DNA of 64,000 bases from Macrostomum lignano (GCA_002269645.1 NIVC01002954.1:1-64000); one strand, 5' to 3'. Positions 9,391 to 44,504 are shown, numbered from the stretch's first letter. Numbers and translations are program-made. The notes: generated by a model from the sequence alone, not told the origin.

Positions 9391-9661
9391 AGTAGTAGTA
9401 TATAAAAAGACGCTTCTAGATCAGACCTTATTTTAATGGCCGTTTGTAAGGTCTTAAGAGGGGGGACGCGAGGGGGGTGTTGGGGAGTGTTTGGAAGTGT
9501 TTGGAAGTGATTTTTATTGTTAGGGGTGATTATGGGTGATTAGATGTATTAATGGTGTTTAGATGTGTTTTTTTATTTACCCCCCGTGTCCCCCCTCTAG
9601 ACCCTTAAAACGGTCATTAAAAAAGTGCTCTGGGTCTAGAAGCGTCTTTTTATATACTACT
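9391..9661. repeat. Element terminus (TIR end) that is itself an imperfect inverted repeat
   Basis: 9394-9420 AGTAGTATATAAAAAGACGCTTCTAGA is the exact reverse complement of 9635-9661; inner arms ~9430-9478 and ~9580-9625 are imperfectly complementary. Confidence 0.85.
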
Positions 9662-11536
9662 CTTCTGACACACAGTTTAGTGCTTCTGACACACAGTTTA
9701 CTGCTTCTGACACACAGTTTAGTGCTTCTGACACACACAGTTTAGTGCTTCTGACACACAGTTTACTGCTTCTGACACACAGTTTAGTGCTTCTGACACA
9801 CACAGTTTAGTGCTTCTGACACACAGTTTACTGCTTCTGACACACAGTTTACTGCTTCTGACACACACAGTTTAGTGCTTCTTACACACAGTTTAGTGCT
9901 TCTGACACACAGTTTACTGCTTCTGACACACAGTTTAGTGCTTCTGACACACAGTTTAGTGCTTCTGACACACACAGTTTAGTGCTTCTGACACACAGTT
10001 TACTGCTTCTGACACACAGTTTAGTGCTTCTGACACACAGTTTAGTGCTTCTGACACACAGTTTAGTGCTTCTGACACACAGTTTAGTGCTTCTGACACA
10101 CAGTTTAGTGCTTCTGACCCACACAGTTTAGTGCTTCTGACACACAGTTTACTGCTTCTGACACACAGTTTAGTGCTTCTGACACACACAGTTTAGTGCT
10201 TCTGACACACAGTTTACTGCTTCTGACACACAGTTTACTGCTTCTGACACACAGTTTAGTGCTTCTGACACACAGTTTAGTGCTTCTGACACACAGTTTA
10301 CTGCTTCTGACACACAGTTTAGTGCTTCTGACACACACAGTTTAGTGCTTCTGACACACAGTTTACTGCTTCTGACACACAGTTTAGTGCTTCTGACACA
10401 CACAGTTTAGTGCTTCTGACACACAGTTTACTGCTTCTGACACACAGTTTAGTGCTTCTGACACACACAGTTTAGTGCTTCTGACACACAGTTTACTGCT
10501 TCTGACACACAGTTTAGTGCTTCTGACACACAGTTTACTGCTTCTGACACACAGTTTAGTGCTTCTGACACAGTTTAGTGCTTCTGACACACAGTTTAGT
10601 GCTTCTGACACACAGTTTACTGCTTCTGACACACAGTTTAGTGCTTCTGACACACAGTTTAGTGCTTCTGACACACACAGTTTAGTGCTTCTGACACACA
10701 GTTTAGTGCTTCTGACACACACAGTTTAGTGCTTCTGACACACAGTTTACTGCTTCTGACACACAGTTTACTGCTTCTGACACACACAGTTTACTGCTTC
10801 TGACACACAGTTTACTGCTTCTGACACACAGTTTACTGCTTCTGACACACACAGTTTACTGCTTCTGACACACAGTTTACTGCTTCTGACACACAGTTTA
10901 GTGCTTCTGACACACACAGTTTAGTGCTTCTGACACACAGTTTAGTGCTTCTGACACACACAGTTTAGTGCTTCTGACACACAGTTTACTGCTTCTGACA
11001 CACAGTTTACTGCTTCTGACACACACAGTTTACTGCTTCTGACACACAGTTTACTGCTTCTGACACACAGTTTACTGCTTCTGACACACACAGTTTACTG
11101 CTTCTGACACACAGTTTAGTGCTTCTGACACACAGTTTAGTGCTTCTGACACACACAGTTTAGTGCTTCTGACACACAGTTTAGTGCTTCTGACACACAC
11201 AGTTTAGTGCTTCTGACACACAGTTTACTGCTTTTGACACACAGTTTAGTGCTTCTGACACACACAGTTTAGTGCTTCTGACACACAGTTTACTGCTTCT
11301 GACACACAGTTTACTGCTTGTGACACACACAGTTTAGTGCTTCTGACACACAGTTTACTGCTTCTGACACACAGTTTACTGCTTCTGACACACAGTTTAG
11401 TGCTTCTGACACACAGTTTACTGCTTCTGACACACAGTTTACTGCTTCTGACACACAGTTTACTGCTTCTGACACACAGTTTACTGCTTCTGACACACAG
11501 TTTACTGCTTCTGACACACAGTTTAGTGCTTCTGAC
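9662..11536. repeat. Host minisatellite, 21/23-bp unit CTTCTGACACACAGTTTA(G/C)TG
   Basis: Direct tandem array; explains the VRSTKLC/SEALNCV ORFs. Confidence 0.97.
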
Positions 11537-12004
11537 TACCGCCGCAAATGCCTGGCTGAAAAATTACAATTTTGTTTTTCTATTACCTCAATGTAAACAC
11601 GCAGTATGCATTGTTGAACTGAAATGTGCCTATCTAATATTGAAATCCCCCCGAGGGAAAAAGCCTGTGCGATGGCAAAAATGTTGATATTCGATATGAA
11701 TAATATTATCCCATATCCCCAATATTCGTTTCAAAGGCTGAGATCGCCTAACACTGCCTAGTAAACTTTATAATGCTTTCATTGTTTTATCTCTATCAAT
11801 TGTTTACAAGGGATGACTTTTGAGTTGTACGTACTGGTGCTAGTGCCTCGATCGTGTGGGAGAAACGTGTTTATCGAAGTTCAACAAAATGTAGATATAT
11901 GTTGTCGGCATTAATTACGATCTTATTTTTTATGGAACGAAACCGAGTGAACTTTTTAAAGTGCAGGAAAATAATAGTGCACTTTGCGAGTACAAAAATA
12001 GGGT

Positions 12005-12300
12005 GCGGCCCAGGCTCGATTCCAAGTGCAGTCGTAAAATTTGGAGCTAAATTGGAATCTCAGCTTGGCTCTCTGCTCGTGCAATTAACGGCCTTGAGGT
12101 CCAACCCCCAAGGCACAGTAAAATGTACATACCTAACGATAAATAACGTTAGAGCCGCTGTAAACTCCTGTGTGAGTGTGTGCCTGTGCGTGTGACTGCG
12201 TACGTATCAACGCGCATGTGTGTTTGCGGAATGGGCAGTAATGCCTCTCGCCGGTTGTGTGACAATGTCGCTTTAAGTAGTTCATGTCAAAAGTGCACAG
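12005..12300 (+). mobile_element. tRNA-derived SINE copy (head diverged)
   Basis: B-box-like GGCTCGATTCC at ~12013; body is the reverse complement of 55763-56050. Confidence 0.6.
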
Positions 12301-12370
12301 ATTACGCGCTTTCTGCAAACACCGATGCACGGAGTGCTCATCATTTCAACAGAGTGCAATTCATAACGAC

Positions 12371-15300
12371 ATGCCGTTCAAGTGGGTGTCGGTGGAGAAC
12401 TGCAGCTCTGGCTGGACAACCCGGCAGCATCCAATCGACGACGGCTACGACGGCAGCCCGGCGGCCCGCTGTCTGGAGATTGTCGACGCCGGTTTGCACC
12501 TGGTTGCCGCCTGCTGCAACCTGTTCTCGTTGGCGGTGTTCGCCACACCTCTGTCCAGTGGCAGCCGGTTGGCTAGCAGTCCGATGGGCCGCCTGCTCAG
12601 GCTGCTGTGCTCAGCAGAGATTGCCTACGCTCTGGCCAAGGTGGTGCCCGAGTTGGGTCTGCATTTCGTTGAGACGGCTTGGCCCGCCGCCTGTTTGCAG
12701 GTGAGATTCTTATCACGAGGTAGCAGATTTTACGAGTAGATTGGAGCTCACTTGCCGTTACACACCAGAAACTCTCGGTGTTCTTATAATCATCACATGC
12801 ACTCTCGGTGTTCTTACAATCGTCACATGCACTCTCGGTGTTCTTACAATCGTCACATGCACTCTCGGTGTTCTTACAATCGTCACATGCACTCTCGGTG
12901 TTCTTACAATCGTCACATGCACTCTCGGTGTTCTTACAATCGTCACAGGAACTCTCGGTGTTCTTACAATCGTCACATGCACTCTCGGTGTTCTTACAAT
13001 CGTCACAGGAACTCTCGGTGTTCTTACAAGCGTCACAGGAACTCTCGGTGTTCTTACAATCGTCACATGCACTCTCGGTGTTCTTACAATCGTCACAGGA
13101 ACTCTCGGTGTTTTTGAAAGCGTCACAGAAACTCTCGATGTTCTTGCAAGTGTCACGGAACTCTCGCTGTTCTTGAAAACGTTGCAGGAACTTCCGGTGT
13201 TATTGCAAGCGTCACAGGAATTCTTAGTGCTCTTGTAAGCGCCAAATGAACTCCCGGTGTTCTTGCAAACACTTCAAGAACTCCTAGTGTTTTTGCTGGT
13301 ATTCCTGGTATTCTTCCAAGCGTGATGCACCTGGTCCCTCGGTGACCTTGCCTGTGACTTCTTATAGTAAAAGTTTATATTATGGAGGTGATAGTCTGAT
13401 GTACGCACGTACATTAAAGGAGTATGAAATGTACACAACTTTTGCAAGAGATAGCCTAATCTTAAGTAGTGCAAAAAGAATCAGTAAAACTCTTGAAGTG
13501 TGTGCCAAAAAGATTGGTCCTAGCCGATCACGCGTTCAAATCTTACCGCTTTTGTTGACACCACATTTTAAAGCTTACAATATTACACCCGTGTCTTATA
13601 GGCATTGTCCACCATTGGCGGTCACGCCTTTCTGTCGCTTCGAAATTGGTGGGTAGCCGTGATCTGCTGCGCCAGGTATCTGGCTGTTCGAGGGCCGATG
13701 CGAAACACGAAGGTGGCAGTCATTGGTTCGGCTAATCTGATTGAACGATGGTCGAGATTGATTTTTGTTACTTTATTTGCCGTATCTGTGGCCGAATCAA
13801 TTGGACTGAGTGCTGCTTTTGATCTTGAAGGTAATTTGGGTAATCCTGATAAGGAGAATCATACATTTCTGCATCAATAGTGACACTACTGCCGCCTACT
13901 CTGTCACTACGTGCCGCCTTTGTCGACATGTCGACTGCATGTAGCTTTTGATCTTTGCTGCAACTTTAGAGAATAAGCCTTTGATCTTGGGTGTATTTTA
14001 GTAGAATCAGACATGTCGCCTTTGATCTTGGATGCATTTTAGTATAATTAGATATGCCGCCTTTGATCTTGAGTGTATTTCAGTAGATTTAGACATGCCG
14101 CCTTTGATCGTGGGTGTATTTTAGTAGAATTAGACATACCGCCTTTGATCTTGAGTGTATTTTAGTAGAATTAGACATACCGCCTTTGATCTTAAGTGTA
14201 TTTTAGTAGAATTAGACATACCGCCTTTGATCTTGAGTGTATTTTAGTAGAATTAGACATACCGCCTTTGATCTTAAGTGTATTTTAGTAGAATTAGACA
14301 TACCGCCTTTGATCTTGAGTGTATTTTAGTAGAATTAGACATACCGCCTTTGATCTTAAGTGTATTTTAGTAGAATTAGACATACCGCCTTTGATCTTGA
14401 GTGTATTTTAGTAGAATTAGACATACCGCCTTTGATCGTGGGTGTATTTTAGTAGAACTAGACATGCCGCCTTTGATCTTGAGTGTATTTCAGTAGAATT
14501 AGACGTGTCTTTGCTGATAGCTCGTACTCGTACATGTCCCAAACTATCCAACATGATGCTATTCCAAACCCGACCTCTTGAAATCCCGATACGCCCAGTC
14601 ACGCTATGCAACAAGCGTCCTACACGAGTTCGCGTGCTGGCTGGTCACTCCAGCTCCGCTGGCCTGGAGCTGCTGGAGGCCTGCCTGCTGCTATCACAGT
14701 CAGCCGTGCCTGTGGTAATTGTGTCCACTTTCTGCTGCCTGACTGTGCGACTTGTACGACGATGGCAAAGCTTGGAGCTTGGCGAATGCAGCGGCTACGG
14801 AAGGTGGGTCGCTGACTTTTACTGACGGCACCTTTACTTTCTCTATTCAGTCGTTTCCAAATGCCTTATTCGCTATGTAAGCTGCAAACAAGGACAAGAA
14901 AGTCGTAGGCTGTATAATAATTAGTACAGGAGGGCTGCGGCCACCCTGCATGGTGCAACGCCTTCGGCGACATTGTCCCGAATCCATGCAGAGCTGAGGC
15001 AACTCTGCCCAGTCCGCTGACTCTTGAGAACAGACAAGCGCACCAATACTGTACGCAGACACGCATTCATACGCACGCTCACACAGGGTGTACATTGGCC
15101 CTGGCTTTCTAATTGTACACTCCCTGTGCCTCGGGATTGACATCAGCGTGAATTTCACGACAACTGCACAGGTGGGAGAGTTGCATGACTGTTTCCGAAC
15201 GCACCATGGTTCAATGGTAGCAGGGTTAAGGATGTATACGTTCACGATGCACAATACACTACTTGTGAGTACATGATTTTTGTGTTAGCTTCGCGAATCA

Positions 15301-16537
15301 GTTGCGTTTTTACTCGAAAAATTGCGGTATTGATATTAGTCTGATTTTGGGCCAGTCTGTGTAAGTTTAAGTGAGTAAGATTAATCTCGTAGTAAGATTA
15401 AGAAGACCAAAGACTTTGCTTGTCTATTATGCGATGAACTTAAGGAGTTCAACCAAATGTATGGAGAATAGGGGTCACAAAATCCCGTATTCTGTCAATC
15501 CCGGGATTGATATTTTCCACTACCATTCTTGTCATAGAATTTTTATAATGTCATAAAAATTCTGCGACTGACATTTTTATAACGCATGGTAGGAGCTAAA
15601 GGGGTAATGCTAGTCTGGTAATGTATTGATGATATATAACATTATATACACATTCTACTCGTAATATAAATATTGTACTAAATGCATATATATTATGTAT
15701 AACTCCTATACATAATATATCAGACATTATAAAAGCATAACATTAACTTTCCGGGATTGAATCCCGACCCTGTGAATCCCTGGATCTTAGGGCTTTTTCC
15801 GGGATCCCGGGATTGTGGCCCCTAATGAAAAAGTCTATGTGCAGTTTAGAAGTTGGATTTCTGGGTGGGACGTAGAGGGTAAGAAAGAAATGGTGATTGA
15901 GGTTTTGCGGTAGTCTTTGGGCGCGTGTATAATGTTGGGGGTGGGGGGTGGGGCAGCTTAACTGCTAGCTCGCAAAGCGAAGGCACGAGTGCTTTGCGTG
16001 ATATCGATCGTCTATAGCCTGATGTACGTTTATCAGTTTACAACTCTAGCTCCACTGTACATAGATGGGACGAGAAATGGTTCGGGGTGGTAGACCAACG
16101 TCGCATTATGTACGTAGGGGTATGGAAACATTTGGGAGGGGTTGGGGTTTCAGCACATATTGAATGAGTGTACATTTTCCATTGTTCCCAACCCTTCCTT
16201 CTCTTCACTGACACATCCTTAGCCGCAGACGGCGCGCCGAGGTCACAGGCACAGTGACGCGCACAGTGCTGGCTCTGACTGCTGTGTTTGTCACTCTGGA
16301 ACTGCCACTGCCACTAGCACTGGGCATCGCATTCTGCTATAGTGCCACGCGCCAGACCGCGGCTGTCTATCGCCGAGTCGCTGGCATGCTAGTAGCAGCT
16401 CTTGACAGCGTGTGCTGTTTGTGTACTGCTTCGCCTGCGGCAGGTACCGACAAGCGGCCGCGGAACTGACTAGCCGTCTAGCACCTCAATGTCTGCGGCG
16501 GCGGCGGGTACTGCGGAGGGAGCAGCAGCAGGCCTAA
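12371..16537 (+). CDS. Divergent rhodopsin-like (peptide-receptor/orphan) GPCR; exons 12371-12700, 13602-13830, 14521(or 14599)-14803, 16223-16537; 1-nt frameshift near 16410
   Basis: GT/AG sites with matching phases (0, 1, 2). N-glycosylation site NCS. TM1 ..AACCNLFSLAVF; TM2 LLCSAEIAY; TM3 LRNWWVAVICCARYLAVRGP; TM5 AVPVVIV; TM6 TRTVLALTAVFVTLELP; TM7/H8 LDSV..LFVYCFACGRYRQA in the shifted frame. Confidence 0.78.
12770..13330. repeat. 30-bp intronic minisatellite ACTCTCGGTGTTCTTACAATCGTCACATGC
   Basis: Tandem array decaying toward the 3' end. Confidence 0.95.
13975..14510. repeat. 41-bp intronic minisatellite GCCTTTGATCTTGAGTGTATTTTAGTAGAATTAGACATACC
   Basis: Tandem array. Confidence 0.95.
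14960..15175 (-). mobile_element. Old diverged copy of the same SINE body
   Basis: GGCAACTCTGCCCAGTCCGCTGACTC...GTGTACA resembles GGCATTACTGCCCATTCCGCCGACTC...GTGTACA at 55813-55900. Confidence 0.45.
15469..15824. mobile_element. hAT-like MITE
   Basis: TIRs TAGGGGTCACAAAATCCC / GGGATTGTGGCCCCTA, subterminal CCCGGGAT motifs, imperfect 8-bp TSD ATGGAGAA / ATGAAAAA. Confidence 0.65.
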
Positions 16538-16699
16538 CTGCTATAATGAGGAGAAATTGTGTAGAGACTGTCTCTTCACTTGGCTATCCCATCATTGTCC
16601 AAATAAAATGCTTCTTTGTTTGCTCTCACGTTTAATAAACCTCCCATCGATGCTTATTGCCCTCTTATCATTATTGTTCATTAGCCTCACATCAATCCT

Positions 16700-19640
16700 C
16701 ATTATTCCCACCCCATTATCCTCACCAATTATCCTCACACCAATATCCCTAACTCATTATCCTCACCCCATTATGCTTTCTTTATTTATCCTCACCCCAT
16801 TATTTTTACACCATTATCCTCACCCCATTATCCTCACCCCATTATCCTCACCCCATTATCCTCACACCATTATCCTCACCCCATTATTTTCACCCCATTA
16901 TCCTCACCCCATTATCCTCACCCCATTATCCTCACCCCATTATCCTCACCCCATTATCCTCACACCATTATCCTCACCCCATTATTTTCACCCCATTATC
17001 CTCACCCCATTATCCTCACCCAATTATCCTCACCCCATTATCCTCACCCCATTATCCTCACACCATTATCCTCACCCCATTATCCTCACCCCATTGTCCT
17101 CACCCCATTATCCTCACCCCATTATCCTCACACCATTATCCTCACCCCATTATTCTCACCCCATTATCCTCACCCCATTATCCTCACCCAATTATCCTCA
17201 CCCCATTATCCTCACCCCATTATCCTCACCCCATTATCCTCACCCCATTATCCTCACCCCATTATCCTCACCCCATTATCCTCACCCCATTATCCTCACC
17301 CCATTATCCTCACACCATTATCCTCACACCATTATCCTCACCCAATTATCCTCACACCATTATCCTCACCCCATTATCCTCACCCCATTATCCTCACACC
17401 ATTATCCTCACCCAATTATCCTCACCCCATTATCCTCACCCAATTATCCTCACCCCATTATCTTCACCCCATTATCCTCACACCATTATCCTCACACCAT
17501 TATCCTCACCCCATTATCCTCACCCCATTATCCTCACCCCATTATCCTCACACCATTATCCTCACCCAATTATCCTCACCCCATTATCCTCACCCCATTA
17601 TCCTCACCCCATTATCCTCACCCCATTATCCTCACCCCATTATCCTCACCCCATTATCCTCACACCATTATCCTCACCTCATTATCCTCACCTCATTATC
17701 CTCACCCCATTATCCTCACTCCATTATCCTCACACCATTATCCTCACCCCATTATCCTCACATCAATGCTAATTACCCCTTAGAATCAAAGCTCAAGAGA
17801 ATTGTACTTACAGATCTCCTCACCCAATTATCCTCACCCCATTATCCTCACCCCATTATCCTCACCCCATTATCCTCACCCCATTATTCTCACCCCATTA
17901 TCCTCACCCCATTATCCTCACCCCATTATCCTCACATCAATGCTAATTACCCCTTAGAATCAAAGCTCAAGAGAATTGTACTTACAGATCTCCTCACCCC
18001 ATTATCCTCACCCCATTATCCTCACCCAATTATCCTCACCCCATTATCCTCACCCCATTATCCTCACACCATTATCCTCACCCCATTATCCTCACCCCAT
18101 TATCCTCACCCCATTATCCTCACCCCATTATCCTCACACCATTATCCTCACCCCATTATTCTCACCCCATTATCCTCACCCCATTATCCTCACCCAATTA
18201 TCCTCACCCCATTATCCTCACCCCATTATCCTCACCCCATTATCCTCACCCCATTATCCTCACCCCATTATCCTCACCCCATTATCCTCACCCCATTATC
18301 CTCACCCCATTATCCTCACACCATTATCCTCACACCATTATCCTCACCCAATTATCCTCACACCATTATCCTCACCCCATTATCCTCACCCCATTATCCT
18401 CACACCATTATCCTCACCCAATTATCCTCACCCCATTATCCTCACCCAATTATCCTCACCCCATTATCCTCACCCCATTATCCTCACACCATTATCCTCA
18501 CACCATTATCCTCACCCCATTATCCTCACCCCATTATCCTCACCCCATTATCCTCACACCATTATCCTCACCCAATTATCCTCACCCCATTATCCTCACC
18601 CCATTATCCTCACCCCATTATCCTCACCCCATTATCCTCACCCCATTATCCTCACCCCATTATCCTCACACCATTATCCTCACCTCATTATCCTCACCTC
18701 ATTATCCTCACCCCATTATCCTCACTCCATTATCCTCACACCATTATCCTCACCCCATTATCCTCACATCAATGCTAATTACCCCTTAGAATCAAAGCTC
18801 AAGAGAATTGTACTTACAGATCTCCTCACCCAATTATCCTCACCCCATTATCCTCACCCCATTATCCTCACCCATTATCCTCACCCCATTATTCTCACCC
18901 CATTATCCTCACCCCATTATCCTCACCCCATTATCCTCACATCAATGCTAATTACCCCTTAGAATCAAAGCTCAAGAGAATTGTACTTACAGATCTCCTC
19001 ACCCAATTATCCTCACCCCATTATCCTCACCCCATTATCCTCACCCCATTATCCTCACCCCATTATTCTCACCCCATGATCCTCACCCCATTATCCTCAC
19101 CCCATTATCCTCACATCAATGCTAATTACCCCTTAGAATCAAAGCTTAAGAGAATTGTACTTACAGATCTCCTCACCCAATTATCCTCACCCCATTATCC
19201 TCACCCCATTATCCTCACCCCATTATCCTCACCCCATTATTCTCACCCCATGATCCTCACCCCATTATCCTCACCCCATTATCCTCACATCAATGCTAAT
19301 TACCCCTTAGAATCAAAGCTTAAGAGAATTGTACTTACAGATCTCCTCACCCAATTATCCTCACCCCATTATCCTCACCCCATTATCCTCACCCAATTAT
19401 CCTCACCCCATTATCCTCACCCCATTATTCTCACCCAATTATCCTCACCCCATTATCCTCACACCATTATCCTCACCCAATTATCCTCACCCCATTATCC
19501 TCACCCAATTATCCTCACCCCATTATCCTCACCCCATTATCCTCACCCCATTATTCTCACCCCATTATCCTCACCCCATTATCCTCACATCAATGCTAAT
19601 TACCCCTTACAATCAAAGCTCAAGAGAATTGTACTTACAG
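16700..19640. repeat. 15-bp minisatellite CATTATCCTCACCCC with a recurring ~58-bp unique insert (higher-order repeat)
   Basis: Insert ACATCAATGCTAATTACCCCTTAGAATCAAAGCTCAAGAGAATTGTACTTACAGATC recurs at ~17760, 17935, 18767, 18940, 19113, 19287 and 19588. Confidence 0.95.
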
Positions 19641-19929
19641 ATCATTCAAAATCAATTGTGATTTGATTCCTAAAATGAACAAAATCCTAAATTCCTAAAA
19701 CGTGTGATTTGATTACACGTCCGGTGTGTCTTCGTTATAAACATTAGTTTTAAAGATTTCAACAACATCTGTGTCATTGTTGTAATAAATTAAGTCATTC
19801 AAAAAAATTCGAAAAAAAGAAAATCTTTCGAAGAAATTTGCTTTTACACATACTAAGTTACAATTTTCAGTTGCCACTACTTTAAGTATGAAGTTGAAAC
19901 GATAAGTAAAAAATATTTTTTACCGTAGA

Positions 19930-20785
19930 ACTGGGAGTGACACTACTGGAAATCTAGAGGATTTAAGAGTGAGATGTGAGATACGGGATCCAGGAATGAG
20001 AATGGGGATTTCAGTGAGATTGGGAATCTGGGAGTGAGAGTGGAAATCTGGGAGTGAGATTAGGAATCTAGGATTTAGATTGGAATCTAGGAGTGAGATT
20101 GGGAATCTGGGAGTGAGAGTGGGAATCTGGGAGTTAGATAGGGAATCTGGGAGTGAGATTGGGAATCTGGGAGTTAGATAGGGAATCTGGGAGTGAGAGT
20201 GGGAATCTGGGAGTTAGATAGGGAATCTGGTAGTGAGATTGGGAATCTGGGAGTGAGAGTGGGAATCTGGGAGTTAGATAGGGAATCTGGGAGTGAGATT
20301 GGGGATCTGGGAGTGAGATTGGGAATCTGGGAGTGAGATTGGGGATCTGAGAGTGAGATTGGCGATCCGGGAGAGAGATCGGGGATCTGGGAGTGAGATT
20401 GGGAATCTGGGAGTGAGATTGGGGATCTGAGAGTGAGATTGGCGATCCGGGAGAGAGATCGGGGATCTGGGAGTGAGATTGGGGATCTAGGAGAGAGATC
20501 GGGGATCTAGGAGTGAGATTGGGGATCTGGGAGTGAGATTGGGGATCTGGGAGTGAGATTGGGGATCTGGCAGTGAGATTGGCGATCCGGGAGAGAGATT
20601 GGGGATCTGGGAGAGAGATTGGGGATCTGGGAGAGAGATTGGGGATCTGGGAGAGAGATTGGGGATCTGGGAGAGAGATTGGGGATCTGGGAGAGAGATT
20701 GGGGATCTGGGAGAGAGATTGGGGATCTGGGAGAGAGATTGGGGATCTGGCAGTGAGATTGGGGATTTGGGAGTGAGATTGGGTA
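19930..20785. repeat. 20-bp minisatellite GGG(A/G)ATCTGGGAG(T/A)GAGATT
   Basis: Tandem array. Confidence 0.93.
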
Positions 20786-21699
20786 ACTAATGATACTGTC
20801 TGCAAAAACACATTAAGAATATCTGGTTGTACGGGCAAGCTGTCAGGTCCCAAGTGAGTAAGTGAGTCAATCCCACCGGATCGTGTCCCAGCATGAAGGG
20901 ACAAGCTTTTGCACTAATTAGGCGGCTAGCTGTGGGAAGCTTCTTGAGATGATGAGGCTTACTGGCAAGGTAGGATCTGGGAAGACCCAATTCCGAAAGA
21001 AAAAGTTGCTTTGCCTCTAGTCATTTATCCCAGTCTCTCTACCTGTCTTCTCGCTTTCTCTTTTTCGTTAGTTTGGTCTCCTCTTTCACCTGTGCCCAGT
21101 CAGTGGGCTATATTTTGCCAATGCACACTGCCTGTTGCGTGCATGGAACTGGGCGGTAGGGAAGGTGGTAAGGAGGTCGCGTAAGGTCACACTGCTCACT
21201 CGCTGCCCAGATACGAGCTACACCGAGAGGAAGATCAGGAAGCGACCTCGGCTCTGAGAATGTCGAACAGGGCAAAAAAATTTCTGTCTGGATAATTTAT
21301 CATCTCACAGCTTTTTGTTAGTTTTTTCGGATATTAGTAAGAGTAATCTATCTTGGCAGCAGCTCTGTGGGGGCAGTTGCTATCCGTCACTGTTTGAGTA
21401 CCCTCTTGCCTGTCTGCCTCTTCTCCCTCTCTCAATCTTTCTTACCTCTTCTGTTCCGAACAGGGCCAGCTTCATTATGAATTATCCATCCAGTTTATCA
21501 GTGCCTTGTACTTTTTAGGTAGACCTGTCCGAGCTCATTTATTACTCTGCAGCTGGTGTTTTTTTCTGTCTCTTAAATCTGGCAATGTTCGGCTGGCCCG
21601 CTGGCTAATTCTCTTCCCATGGGAATTAGGGATTAAGGACACTGGCTAGTGCGTGTATGCCACTGGAGGGAAGATTCGGGGAGGTAGAAAGATGAAAGC

Positions 21700-22030
21700 A
21701 GGAGAGGCAGACGGAGAGGAAGAGGGAGAGGGAGAGGGACAGGGAGATGGAGAGGGAGAGGGACAGGGAGCGGGAGAGGGAGAGGGAGAGGGAGAGAGAG
21801 AGGGAGAGGGAGATGGAGAGGGAGAGGGACAGGGAGCGGGAGAGGGAGCGGGAGCGGGAGCGGGAGAGGGAGAGGGAGCGGGAGAGGGAGCGGGAGCGGG
21901 AGCGGGAGAGGGAGAGGGAGCGGGAGCGGGAGCGGGAAAGGGAGAGGGAGCGGGAGCGGGAGAGGGAGAGGGAGAGGGAGAAAGAGAGAGGAGAGGGTGA
22001 GGGAGGGAGAGAGGGAGAGGGAGAAGGTGA
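21700..22030. repeat. GA-rich simple repeat (GAGGGA/GAGCGG)
   Basis: Hexamer-based purine tract. Confidence 0.9.
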
Positions 22031-22339
22031 AGGAGAGGCAGAGAGGGAGAAACTATTTAGAAATATTTATAAATATATATTTTAACCTGTTGAGAGAAGA
22101 AAGGGAGGGTAGAGAAAGCGACAAGGAAGTAGATGAAGAGAAAGAGAGAGTGTGGAAGAACGCTAACTACCAGCTGTTGAGCACTTGGCTCCTCCCAGCT
22201 GTCCCAGCAATGGGGGGGGCGCCCATGCAGAGCCAGCCAATCCAGTCAGCCCAGCACCCCCCCCCCCCAAAATACTGGACCCCTTATCAGTCCCCGGTTC
22301 CCCCAGAAACCAAACTCGCACGGAGCAGACGATCCTGGC

Positions 22340-44504
<22,165 letters not shown>

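Larger units (their letters stand above)
1..9661. mobile_element. Endogenous Polinton/Maverick (adintovirus-like) element, right-hand ~9.7 kb; left part (expected pPolB and other TIR) lies outside the window
   Basis: Compact AT-rich gene cluster with MCP, penton, A32-like ATPase, adenain protease, rve integrase and PLA2X. Ends in ...TATATACTACT (reverse complement of the Polinton-type AGTAGT terminus) directly joined to a host satellite at 9662. Confidence 0.93.

Noticed and set aside
9391-9661. Independent 270-bp MITE inserted at the Polinton end
   Set aside because: No target-site duplication flanks it, and its outer end is the Polinton-type ACTACT terminus; treated as part of the element terminus.
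9784-11687. Many ORFs such as VRSTKLC / SEALNCV / LLTHSLV repeats
   Set aside because: Translations of a 21-bp satellite open in several frames on both strands.
16557-19666. Long His/Pro-rich ORFs (408, 328 and 196 aa) and CRISPR-like repeat/insert pattern
   Set aside because: 15-bp satellite translations; the inserts are identical copies rather than unique spacers, there are no cas genes and the context is eukaryotic.
21653-22085. GE/ER-rich ORFs
   Set aside because: GA-rich simple repeat translations.
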